A stretch of DNA of 58,792 nucleotides, from NCBI GenBank assembly GCA_018711135.1, contig DVIS01000022.1:1-58792 (forward strand), given 5' to 3'. The notes beneath the pieces were generated by a model that was not told the origin of the DNA, did not search any database, and saw only the letters and a program-made list of their open reading frames with translations. Position numbers and translations under genes: made by a program. The stretch is from Candidatus Onthousia faecavium (lineage in GTDB: Bacteria; Bacillota_I; Bacilli_A; RF39; UBA660). Each line of letters begins with the position of its first letter. The stretch's first letter is position 1. Shown piece after piece: positions 50,050 to 58,792 of this stretch.

Positions 50050-51273
50050 TCAAGAAATTTCAAATATTCTTTCTACATTAAAGTCTAACTTGTCAATATT
50101 AGTATATAAGTTAGCTAAAATATCCCCTTCACTAATCTTATCACCAATCTCTTTAGTAAGTACTACTCCCGCATTATAATCGATTTCTTCCTCCTTACTC
50201 GTCCTACCAGCTCCCAAACTCTTAGAAAGTTTTGCAATCTCCAAGGCATCAATATTTTTTAACACTCCACTTTTATTCGCTTTAATATTATATACTTTTG
50301 CATTTATCTCTAATTTTTCTAAATCTCCACCCTGATATTTAACAAATTGTAAAAATTTCTTATAAGCATCTTTATTTTCAATACTACTAACTACCTCTTT
50401 TAAAGCTTCTTTCTCACTAATATTTTTCCCCATACTTACCATCTTACTAGCAATCTCTAAACATGTATCATATAAAGGGCCCTTTACTTTATTTTGTAAC
50501 ACATCTATCGCTTCAAATACCTCTAGTTTATTACCAATACATTTTCCAAGAGGAGTATTCATATCCGAAATAATTGTCCTAACCTCTTTTTGATAATAGT
50601 TACCAATCTTAATAATAATATTAGCAAGTCTCTCTGCTTCTTTTCTCGTTTTAATTAAAGCCCCACTCCCTACTTTTATATCAATAACAATACCATCAGC
50701 TCCCGATGCTATTTTCTTACTCATAATACTACTAGCGATTAAAGGAATGGAATTAGTTGTAGCAGTAACATCTCGTAAAGCATAGACTTTTTTATCAAGT
50801 GGCACTAAATCTTCACTTTGACTAGTAACAACTACTCCAATGTCTAAAGCTTGTTTTTTAATCACATCTTCACTAAGATCAACCTTAAAGTTAGGAATAG
50901 ATTCTAATTTATCAATTGTTCCACCAGTATAACCAAGTCCTCTACCACTCATCTTTACTACCGCTACTCCAAGACTAGCCACTATTGGAGCAACAATTAA
51001 AGTTGTTTTATCTCCAACTCCTCCAGTTGAATGTTTATCAATAACTTTACTAGGCATAAAACTAAGATCAAGAACATCACCACTTTTAATAAAGATATCA
51101 GTTAAAGCAAATATCTCACTATCACTCATATCATTAATACATATAGCCATCAAAAAAGCACTCATCTGATAATCTTTAACCTCATCATGTAAATACCCAT
51201 TAAAAATTGTTTCCAACTCTTCTCTTGTAAGTTCTAAATTACAAGCCTTTTTTCTAATTATATCTAAAATCAT
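50050..51273 (-). CDS. pdp: pyrimidine-nucleoside phosphorylase
   Basis: DKHSTGGVGDKTT, KMSGRGLG.TGGT.DKLESIP and SSIMSKKIA. Confidence 0.95.
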   Translation of the reverse strand: MILDIIRKKACNLELTREELETIFNGYLHDEVKDYQMSAFLMAICINDMSDSEIFALTDIFIKSGDVLDLSFMPSKVIDKHSTGGVGDKTTLIVAPIVASLGVAVVKMSGRGLGYTGGTIDKLESIPNFKVDLSEDVIKKQALDIGVVVTSQSEDLVPLDKKVYALRDVTATTNSIPLIASSIMSKKIASGADGIVIDIKVGSGALIKTRKEAERLANIIIKIGNYYQKEVRTIISDMNTPLGKCIGNKLEVFEAIDVLQNKVKGPLYDTCLEIASKMVSMGKNISEKEALKEVVSSIENKDAYKKFLQFVKYQGGDLEKLEINAKVYNIKANKSGVLKNIDALEIAKLSKSLGAGRTSKEEEIDYNAGVVLTKEIGDKISEGDILANLYTNIDKLDFNVERIFEIS

Positions 51274-51374
51274 TTTCACCATCCTCTCTATCATTTAACA
51301 TTTTACACCATTAACTTAGTACCTGCAACCAACAAAGTATTAAGAAAAATAGACTGAGCATCTCACTCAATCTA

Positions 51375-51731
51375 TTAGTCATTTTCTATTCTTTTACTAA
51401 CAAGTTCTGCTGCAGTTTTAGGATTTTCCAAAAACAAATTATGAATATCCTCAAGTTTTCTTAATTCCATTACAAATTCAATTTCTTCCTTAGCCATTTT
51501 CACAACTTGCTTATGGTGTTTTACTTTTACATCTTCGTCATAACCCATCAAGTAAGAGACTGAAACACCCAAAACCTCTCCTAATTTTGTTAAAGTATCA
51601 AGAGTTGGGCATCTCGTATCATTTTCATAGCAACAAATACTAACTTTAGTAACATTTATCTTCTCGCCCAACTCTCGTTGCGTCATATTATTTTTAAGCC
51701 GCAACTCTTTTAAACGTTTACTTAGTAACAT
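51375..51731 (-). CDS. XRE-family HTH regulator
   Basis: RLKELR...MTQ.ELG..I.V....I..YEN..R.P. Confidence 0.9.
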   Translation of the reverse strand: MLLSKRLKELRLKNNMTQRELGEKINVTKVSICCYENDTRCPTLDTLTKLGEVLGVSVSYLMGYDEDVKVKHHKQVVKMAKEEIEFVMELRKLEDIHNLFLENPKTAAELVSKRIEND

Positions 51732-51824
51732 ATTTGCTTCTCCTTAATAATTTTTTTATAAATAAACTATAAATCTTTTCTTATATAAAAGTCAACACTT
51801 TAGATAAAATAAGGGAAAATTCGA

Positions 51825-52172
51825 CTAAATATCAGTATTTTTGACATTTTCTTGCTTCTTATTTGTCAAGAAAGTAATTCTATCAGCAACAACTTCTAAA
51901 AAATATTTAGACCCATCTTCTGTCTCTACAATCTTACTTTGTAATCTTCCTCTTATCCCAACAATATCTCCTTTCTCACAATATTCTTTTGTAACTTTCG
52001 CTTTTTCTTCCCACAGAGTACAATTTATAAAATCTGTCTCATAAACTCCCTCTGAATTTTTAAAACTTCTAGGAACTGCTAATGACAATGTTCCTACTTT
52101 CTTTCCGGAATCTGTCTCCCGAATTTCAATTTCTTTTGTAAGTCTTCCGACTAAAATTAAACTATTAACCAT
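51825..52172 (-). CDS. ssb: single-stranded DNA-binding protein (short, SsbB-like)
   Basis: LVGRLT, LAVPR, TDFINC..W and GRLQ; lacks the long linker and DDLPF tip. Confidence 0.9.
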   Translation of the reverse strand: MVNSLILVGRLTKEIEIRETDSGKKVGTLSLAVPRSFKNSEGVYETDFINCTLWEEKAKVTKEYCEKGDIVGIRGRLQSKIVETEDGSKYFLEVVADRITFLTNKKQENVKNTDI

Positions 52173-52325
52173 TTAATAACTCCTTTCAAGTTATTAATCT
52201 AACACACTATATTTCTTTTGACAAAAGCCAAAAACTGTTAAATAGCCAAAATTATCTAACAGTTTTTTAATTTTCCCCTAGGGAATTTTCAAAATTGACC
52301 ACTTTTTTTAACTCAAAATTTAAAA

Positions 52326-53636
52326 TTACAAGTTTCTTTTCAAAAGTTGATTTAACTCTACAGCATACTCCATTGGTAACTCTTTTCTAAATTCTTCTAG
52401 AAATCCCAAAATAATTAACTCTTCACATTTTTCTTTAGGAATACCTTTACTTTCTAAATAGAATAGATTTTCATCACTTATTTTTGCTACTGTCGCTTCA
52501 TGTTCTATGGTACTTGTATTATTAAGTACCTCATTAGTTGGTATTGCATCACTCTTACTATATTTATCCAACAAAAGTGTATCACATTTAACCATACTAT
52601 AAGAGTTAGTTGCATCTTTCTTTATTTTAACACATCCTCTATAACTAGCATTACCACCATTCCTAGCAATACTTTTAGAAATAATCTTACTATTAGTATT
52701 CTTCCCTAAATGAATCATTCTCGCCCCTGTATCTTGAACTTGATTATTAGAAGCTACACTAATTGTTATACAAGTACCACGAGAATTATTACCCTTTAAA
52801 ATACAACAAGGATATTTCATAGTCAAGTAACTACCAATATTACCATCAATCCATTCCATAACCCCATCATCTTCAACTAAAGCTCTTTTCGTAACTAAAT
52901 TATAAACATTATGTGCCCAATTTTGTACTGTCGTATAACGACATTTACTCCTCTTACCAACATATATCTCTACTACCGCTGCATGTAAACTAGAGTCTGC
53001 ATATGTAGGTGCCGTACATCCTTCTATATAATGTAGAGAACTATCATCATCTACTATAATCAGCGTTCTCTCAAACTGTCCCATCCCTCTACTATTAATC
53101 CGGAAATAACTTTGTAAAGGTCTATCTAAACTAGTATGAGGTGGTATATAAATAAAGCTTCCCCCAGAAAACACCGCTCCATTTAAAGAAGCATAACTAT
53201 TATCGTCATTTTTAACAATCTTTCCAAAATATTTCTTAACTAACTCAGGATACTTTTTCAAAGCTATATCAATTGAGGTAAAGATAATATTTTTATCTTC
53301 AAGCTCTTTAAGCATATTATGATATATTACCTCACTCTCATATTGTACACCTATCCCATCCATATGTTTTTCACTCTCTAATACTCCAAGCTCATTTAAT
53401 TCACATTTAATTGGTGTTAGTACTTTATTCCAATCATCAACTAAGTCATTATTGACAGATTTATAATAGATTATATCATCAAAATTAATATTAAAGTTAG
53501 GGCCAAACGGTACTTTTCCTTTACTTTTAACAAACTTATCAAAAGAATCTAATCTATATTTAAGGATAGAGTCATCCTCTCTTTTATATTTAGATATCTC
53601 TATTATCTTTTCTTTACTTAATCCCTTTATCTCCAT
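52326..53636 (-). CDS. sufB: Fe-S cluster assembly protein SufB
   Basis: QYESEV, SGGSFIY.P, GQFERTLI, YIEGCTAP and ELPMEYA.ELN.L. Confidence 0.95.
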   Translation of the reverse strand: MEIKGLSKEKIIEISKYKREDDSILKYRLDSFDKFVKSKGKVPFGPNFNINFDDIIYYKSVNNDLVDDWNKVLTPIKCELNELGVLESEKHMDGIGVQYESEVIYHNMLKELEDKNIIFTSIDIALKKYPELVKKYFGKIVKNDDNSYASLNGAVFSGGSFIYIPPHTSLDRPLQSYFRINSRGMGQFERTLIIVDDDSSLHYIEGCTAPTYADSSLHAAVVEIYVGKRSKCRYTTVQNWAHNVYNLVTKRALVEDDGVMEWIDGNIGSYLTMKYPCCILKGNNSRGTCITISVASNNQVQDTGARMIHLGKNTNSKIISKSIARNGGNASYRGCVKIKKDATNSYSMVKCDTLLLDKYSKSDAIPTNEVLNNTSTIEHEATVAKISDENLFYLESKGIPKEKCEELIILGFLEEFRKELPMEYAVELNQLLKRNL

Positions 53637-54066
53637 TATCATCATCCTTTATTTTTGATAATATTTTCTTAATTGTCTCTACTGGTAATAACGCACATTT
53701 CTTTCTATTAGGTTGTAAATAGATTGTATCATAAGCCATTAAATCTTCTAATAAGTCTTGATCATACTCTCTTTCTTCAATTAAATTTTCATAGTTTGTA
53801 ATTAATGTTTCGACCTCTTTTAAACTCTTACCTATTATTTTTCTTAAGAATATTGAAGTCGCTGAAGTTGAAATAGCACAAGCTTCTCCATCAAAATTAG
53901 CATCTTTAATAATTCCATCTTCTATTTTGAGTTCTATATCAATATTATCAATACAAGACTCATTATTAGTATTCGCTTTTACATAACTATTATCATTAAC
54001 TAAACCCTTATGAAAAGGATTCTGATAGTTATCAACAATTATTTCTCTTTTTAATTCTCTATCCAT
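53614..54066 (-). CDS. sufU: SufU/NifU-like protein
   Basis: N.SC.D, GEACAISTSATS and R.KCALLP. Confidence 0.93.
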   Translation of the reverse strand: MDRELKREIIVDNYQNPFHKGLVNDNSYVKANTNNESCIDNIDIELKIEDGIIKDANFDGEACAISTSATSIFLRKIIGKSLKEVETLITNYENLIEEREYDQDLLEDLMAYDTIYLQPNRKKCALLPVETIKKILSKIKDDDNGDKGIK

Positions 54067-54079
54067 TTTATCACTACCT

Positions 54080-55276
54080 TTATATTATTATTTTATAAAG
54101 TTCATCTGTATTTTCCAACACCTCTACAAGTTTATCAATTTCTTCTTTTGTATTATAAAAATACAAACTAAGCCGACATGTATTTCTTATATTTAGCTCA
54201 TCTTTAAGTATTTTCGCACAATGATTACCTGCTCTAACACAAATATTGTAATGATCTAAGTATATAGCTGTATCTTGACTAAACACTCCTTCTAGATTAA
54301 AAGCAAGTATTCCACTTTCAGATTTCTTATTGTAAAGAATCACTTTTTTATTATTTTCTAATTTCTTAACTAAATACTCTTTTAATTCTTTTTCATACTT
54401 ATAAATATTATCCATCCCAATTTCTTCTAAAAAGTCAATCGCTCTACCTAATCCAATAACCTCTGCAATAGGGGGAGTACCTGCTTCAAATAAGGTAGGA
54501 ATACTTTTATATTCTACGGTTCCATCTTCTTCAAAATACTGATTCATTCCCCCTCCAAATAGAATTGGCCTCATCGCTTCTAAATATTTTTCTTTAGCAT
54601 ACAAAACTCCAACTCCTGTTGGTCCTAACATTTTATGAGCAGAAAAAGTTAAGAAATCAACATCTAAATCTTTCACATCTGTTTTTAAATGCGGAACACT
54701 CTGTGCTCCATCAACTACTACCAAAATATTTTTTTGATGTGCTAGTTCTGTTATCTTTTTAATATCTCTAACATCCCCTAAAACATTAGTAATATGTGCT
54801 ACAGCAATAACTTTTGTTTTCTCTGTTATTGTTGCTTCTAAATTTTGGGGGGTAAGTTCATGATCACTTGTAAGAGGAACATATTTAAGAACAAGCTTTT
54901 TCTTCTTCGCAAGTTCCATAAAAGGTAACACCAAAGAAGCATGTTCGCTCTTAGTAAGTAACACCTCATCTCCCTCATTTAAATAATCTTCCATAAATCC
55001 AAAAACAATCATATTAAGAGAAAGGGTATCACCGCCTGTAAAAACAATCTCCCTACTACTATCAGCATTAATAAAACGTTTAACTTTATCTCTTACCTCT
55101 TCATATTTATTACTAGCTTTTAAAGAAATGTCATAATCACCTCTATGAATATTTGCTCCATAATTATAGTAATAATCTTCCATCGCTTCAACCACCTCGA
55201 AAGGCTTTAAAGATGTCGCTCCATTATCAAAGTAAATAATATTCTTTTTAAGAATTGGAAAACTTTCTCTATGCAT
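54080..55276 (-). CDS. sufS: cysteine desulfurase
   Basis: YFDNGATS.KP, DGAQSVPH, SAHKMLGP.G.G and VRAGNHCA. Confidence 0.95.
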   Translation of the reverse strand: MHRESFPILKKNIIYFDNGATSLKPFEVVEAMEDYYYNYGANIHRGDYDISLKASNKYEEVRDKVKRFINADSSREIVFTGGDTLSLNMIVFGFMEDYLNEGDEVLLTKSEHASLVLPFMELAKKKKLVLKYVPLTSDHELTPQNLEATITEKTKVIAVAHITNVLGDVRDIKKITELAHQKNILVVVDGAQSVPHLKTDVKDLDVDFLTFSAHKMLGPTGVGVLYAKEKYLEAMRPILFGGGMNQYFEEDGTVEYKSIPTLFEAGTPPIAEVIGLGRAIDFLEEIGMDNIYKYEKELKEYLVKKLENNKKVILYNKKSESGILAFNLEGVFSQDTAIYLDHYNICVRAGNHCAKILKDELNIRNTCRLSLYFYNTKEEIDKLVEVLENTDELYKIII

Positions 55277-55280
55277 TTAA

Positions 55281-55955
55281 TCACCTCCCAATCACATTTT
55301 TTATTTTCTTATCAAGTAGCTTTTCAAAATCCTTTGGTAAATCATCTAGTTTCATAAATCCCTTAAGTAACAAATTAAAAGCCTTATCTCTACTTATTCC
55401 TTTCGTTTCTAAATAAAACAGATATTTATCATCAAACGGTCCTGTATAAGCCGAGTGATTTGCAACAGAATCAAACTCATCCACATAAAGATTAGGCTCT
55501 ATTACACTAGTACCATTATTTATATTAATTGTTCTACTAACCTGATTACAATTAACCCCTGTCATTCCTTTATTAATATAACTATTAGCAGCTATTTTTA
55601 TATTACCTTCATTATAACTAACACCATAACAATATAAATGACTAACACTATTCTTAGCTTTATGATAAATATTTAACATGTTAACAATTTTTTTATCCGT
55701 TATAGACATATTATAAAGGTTGACCTCAATTTCATCTAAAATCTTAAGATTAACAACAACTCCCTTACTAGTTAAATTATAGATTTTTACATTACTTTCA
55801 GCATTTATATTAATATTAACATTTTTCAAAGTATTTAAATATAACTTAACTAAGGAATCACTCTCAATCTTAATATCTATATCTTTATCTATAGTTAATT
55901 TATAAACTCCACCCTTATTATAATTAACACTACTATCTACTATTATATTATTCAC
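55281..55955 (-). CDS. sufD: SufD (short form)
   Basis: P.L..DE.D..ANHSA..G...D..LFYL..KGI; position within the suf operon. Confidence 0.85.
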   Translation of the reverse strand: MNNIIVDSSVNYNKGGVYKLTIDKDIDIKIESDSLVKLYLNTLKNVNININAESNVKIYNLTSKGVVVNLKILDEIEVNLYNMSITDKKIVNMLNIYHKAKNSVSHLYCYGVSYNEGNIKIAANSYINKGMTGVNCNQVSRTININNGTSVIEPNLYVDEFDSVANHSAYTGPFDDKYLFYLETKGISRDKAFNLLLKGFMKLDDLPKDFEKLLDKKIKNVIGR

Positions 55956-56715
55956 TTATCTTATTCACATCCATTTCATTTATCCCATTATAACCACTTT
56001 TTTCTATTTTCTTAGCAAGAGATATATCTCCACTTTCTACAATTTTACCTTTATTCATTTTATGAACATAATCTGGTTTAATTAAATCTAATATTCTACT
56101 ATAATGGGTAATAATCAAGACACTTGTATCTTTATTTTCATTTAAGTAGTCATTAATATTATTAGCAACCACTTTCAAACTATCAACATCAAGTCCACTA
56201 TCTAACTCGTCTAAAATAATAAAGGATGGTTTTAATATCTTAAGACCTAACACCTCATTTTTCTTTTTTTCTCCTCCAGACATATCTTTATTTATAAAAC
56301 GATGTAAACTGTCTTTTGGTAATCCTAAAGCATCTATTTCTTTATTCATCCTTGTAATAAAGGTATACAAGTTTGTATCTAAACTTTCTCTTTCCCGTAA
56401 AGCTGTTCTTAACGCTTCACTATTACTAACTCCTTCTATCACTGGCGCTTCTTGCATTACGATATAAATACCACATCTTGCAATCTCATCAGTTGTTAAT
56501 TCTGTTAATTCTTTATCATTATATTTAATACTACCAGAAATAACATCATAATGCTTACTCCCCATAATAACTTTAGATAAGGTGCTTTTCCCTACTCCAT
56601 TAGGCCCCATAATTGCATGAATTTCACCGTCATTTATTTCTAAAGAGAAATCATCTAAAATAATATTTTCACTATCTTTTGGCTTTACTTTTAATCTATC
56701 TATAACAAACATCAT
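55948..56715 (-). CDS. sufC: Fe-S assembly ATPase SufC
   Basis: MGPNGVGKST, SGGEKKKNE, LDELDSGLDVD and IITHY. Confidence 0.95.
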   Translation of the reverse strand: MMFVIDRLKVKPKDSENIILDDFSLEINDGEIHAIMGPNGVGKSTLSKVIMGSKHYDVISGSIKYNDKELTELTTDEIARCGIYIVMQEAPVIEGVSNSEALRTALRERESLDTNLYTFITRMNKEIDALGLPKDSLHRFINKDMSGGEKKKNEVLGLKILKPSFIILDELDSGLDVDSLKVVANNINDYLNENKDTSVLIITHYSRILDLIKPDYVHKMNKGKIVESGDISLAKKIEKSGYNGINEMDVNKISE

Positions 56716-56849
56716 ATCACCCTTTCAAATTGTATAAGATTTTTTTCGTAATTTTTGTCAATTTATATGATTTTTCAAGCTATATTGTAACACACATTTG
56801 CATATATTTAAAGGTTAAGGTAAAATAATATAAGGTGGTGTTAGCATTT

Positions 56850-57512
56850 ATGGGAAAAACAAAATTAATTATTGCCCAAGCTCTTCTTTTCGCTATTGTT
56901 ATCATTTTCTTTGGTTTAGTTATTGTTGAAGAGAAATTCTCTCTTAAAGAAAATGATGAAGAAAAAATAGAAAAAGAAATAACAGCATATTATCAAGAAA
57001 AATACCAAGATTTAGATTTAAAAACAGGTACTTTAAATTATGATGATACTAATAAAAGTTATTATATAAGGTATACTGATAAAGAAAATAGTAATCACTA
57101 TTTTACAATCACATATAAAGAAAATAACATAACCGATGATTATGAAGATTCGTATGTCAAAGGTAAAACTGTTCTCACTAAAGCAGAAGAAGAATTAGAA
57201 GCAAAATACCAAGAAATTTTTCAAAATACTAATTATGAGAAGATTGAAGTTATCTTCAATGATTTAGATAGTTACAATGAAGAAGATAGAGAAAAAATAT
57301 TAACCGGTGATTATAGTTCTAATTGTTATAATGTCAGTTTTTATATTGAAATACCTACTTTAGATGATGTATATTTAACTAACCTCATCACCAGTTTTAT
57401 AAATATTTCCAAAGAAAATAATTTAAGTGCCTCTAATTATAGCATTACTTTTAATAATAATGGTATAATAAAGATGGTTAAAGCAGACGAAGGAGGAATG
57501 ATTTATGAATAA
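56850..57512 (+). CDS. hypothetical membrane-anchored protein
   Basis: N-terminal TM helix; overlaps the hit start. Confidence 0.65.
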   Translation: MGKTKLIIAQALLFAIVIIFFGLVIVEEKFSLKENDEEKIEKEITAYYQEKYQDLDLKTGTLNYDDTNKSYYIRYTDKENSNHYFTITYKENNITDDYEDSYVKGKTVLTKAEEELEAKYQEIFQNTNYEKIEVIFNDLDSYNEEDREKILTGDYSSNCYNVSFYIEIPTLDDVYLTNLITSFINISKENNLSASNYSITFNNNGIIKMVKADEGGMIYE

Positions 57513-57900
57513 TGACTGCTTATTCTGTAAAATAATAAAAGGAGAAATACCTTCATATACGGTATATGAGGATGAATCTGTCAAAGTCTTTTTAGATGTT
57601 AATCCTAATACAAATGGTCACTTATTAGTTGTTCCCAAAACACATTATGAAAATTTATTTGATACCCCTAATGAGGTTTTAATTTCTCTACTAGATCTAA
57701 TTAAAACCAAACTTTATCCCCTATTAAAGGAAAAATTAAACATTGATGGTTTGACTATCTCTCAAAATAATTTTTATGGTCAAGATATTAAACACTTGCA
57801 TATTCATCTTATTCCAAGATATCACAATGATGAATTTAAGTTTATGTTCAATAAATATTTACTTGAAGAACTAGAAAACACTTATAATAAATTAAAATAA
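57505..57900 (+). CDS. HIT family hydrolase
   Basis: CLFCKII.GEIP, FLDVNP...GH.LVVPK.H and HLHIHLIPR. Confidence 0.95.
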   Translation: MNNDCLFCKIIKGEIPSYTVYEDESVKVFLDVNPNTNGHLLVVPKTHYENLFDTPNEVLISLLDLIKTKLYPLLKEKLNIDGLTISQNNFYGQDIKHLHIHLIPRYHNDEFKFMFNKYLLEELENTYNKLK

Positions 57901-57920
57901 CTATCAAAATTTAAAGATAG

Positions 57921-58680
57921 TTATTTTTTTAGCTTTCCATAAAGATAATTCAAACTAATAGATGCTAATATCAACATAAAGGCTTGCAATGGATAAGCAT
58001 ACCTAGGCATCACCTCAATTAAAAGATAAACTCCAAAATAAACAAACAAAATCAAGGTAATCAACACTTGAATATTAGAGCGATTCTTTTTAAATAATAA
58101 AGGAACACTTAATAAAGCCAATAAATCCAAAATAATAATAAAAATTTGATTAATAACTGTCAATACATTAACTAACGTCTTATTTTCTAAATAACCAAGT
58201 GACCAACTTAAATCAGAATTAAACCATAGTATTTTTATCTTTTTAAGAAATAACACCGGTATCTTTTCCCATTCACTTAGTCTCTCTTTAACTATTTCCT
58301 TCGCTTTATCTTGATCAATCGCATAAATCTTTGCATCACTACTACTATACATTCCACTAGTTTCATAATTAAAACCTAAAACAAATTTCCAAGTAGGATT
58401 CATATTCTTTAACCCATTAGGACTAATATCTGTTTTCATTAAAGTATAAGAGATTACATTAAATATAGCTAGATATGAACAAACAATTAATATAAAGGTA
58501 ATAGCAGTCTTTTTTATATTAACTTTCCTAATAATTAAATAAAAACTATATAAAAGTAAAGCTGTAATAATAACAATTCCTTAACTCCTAAGAATATTAC
58601 TAATTCCTAAAAGAAGACCAATTATAATTGCTTTTAACAAATATTTTCCCTTATCTAAAGATAGAACAAAGGAAACAAAA
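57921..58680 (-). pseudogene. disrupted GT-C/PMT-like membrane glycosyltransferase
   Basis: The frame continues upstream of the 172-aa ORF (GLLLGISNILRS*GIVII) with an in-frame TAA at 58581-58583; upstream it runs into IS-like sequence; C-terminus EVMPRY. Confidence 0.55.
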
Positions 58681-58684
58681 TAAA

Positions 58685-58792
58685 TTTTGTTTCGCTCCTT
58701 GTCGTTACCTCCAAGGCTTCCTACTTCACAGATAGAGTAACCTCTATTCTCCATAGGCTTAAATTCCGACAGTCGCTACCGTATTTTTTTGT
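58685..58792 (-). mobile_element. probable right end/omegaRNA scaffold of a TnpB element
   Basis: Minus strand ACGGTAGCGACTGTCGGAATTTAAGCCTATGGAGA...GAAGTAGGAAGCC plus hairpins resembles Bacillota tnpB 3' ends (recognised from memory); exact boundary uncertain. Confidence 0.55.

Noticed and set aside
58581-58583. Stop-codon recoding
   Set aside because: TAA, TAG and TGA all terminate other genes in the window; a nonsense mutation is the simpler explanation.

Overview
AT-rich chromosomal segment from a reduced-genome, low-GC Bacillota organism using genetic code 11; gene content resembles uncultured gut Bacilli such as RF39 (inference only). Most genes are on the minus strand. Housekeeping genes include polC, typA, pflAB, sufCDSUB, murF/ddl, an LtaS-family gene, sepF/divIVA, a small alarmone synthetase, pdp, ssb and a U32/RlhA protein. 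Both ends appear to run into IS200/IS605-type TnpB elements: a tnpB start at the left edge, and a probable omegaRNA/right end next to a disrupted membrane glycosyltransferase gene at the right edge. The most interesting signal is a set of three surface proteins with a SipW/TasA-type N-terminus and C-terminal C-type-lectin-fold domains. Two of them carry three GC-rich segments that look like DGR variable regions, with no RT or template repeat in the window. The third lies behind a poly-G leader ORF plus terminator that appears to act as a phase-variable attenuator, predicted OFF at G10. Other observations: four AAA_14/DUF4143 ATPases with subclass-specific operator-like repeats at their promoters, an RloA/RloB (AbiL-like) pair, an orphan HerA, a BclA-like collagen with a TPR-GT2 partner and sigK/E-like promoter motifs, a duplicated YfiH/PgeF gene with a catalytically degenerate copy, and a sortase with a thioester adhesin.
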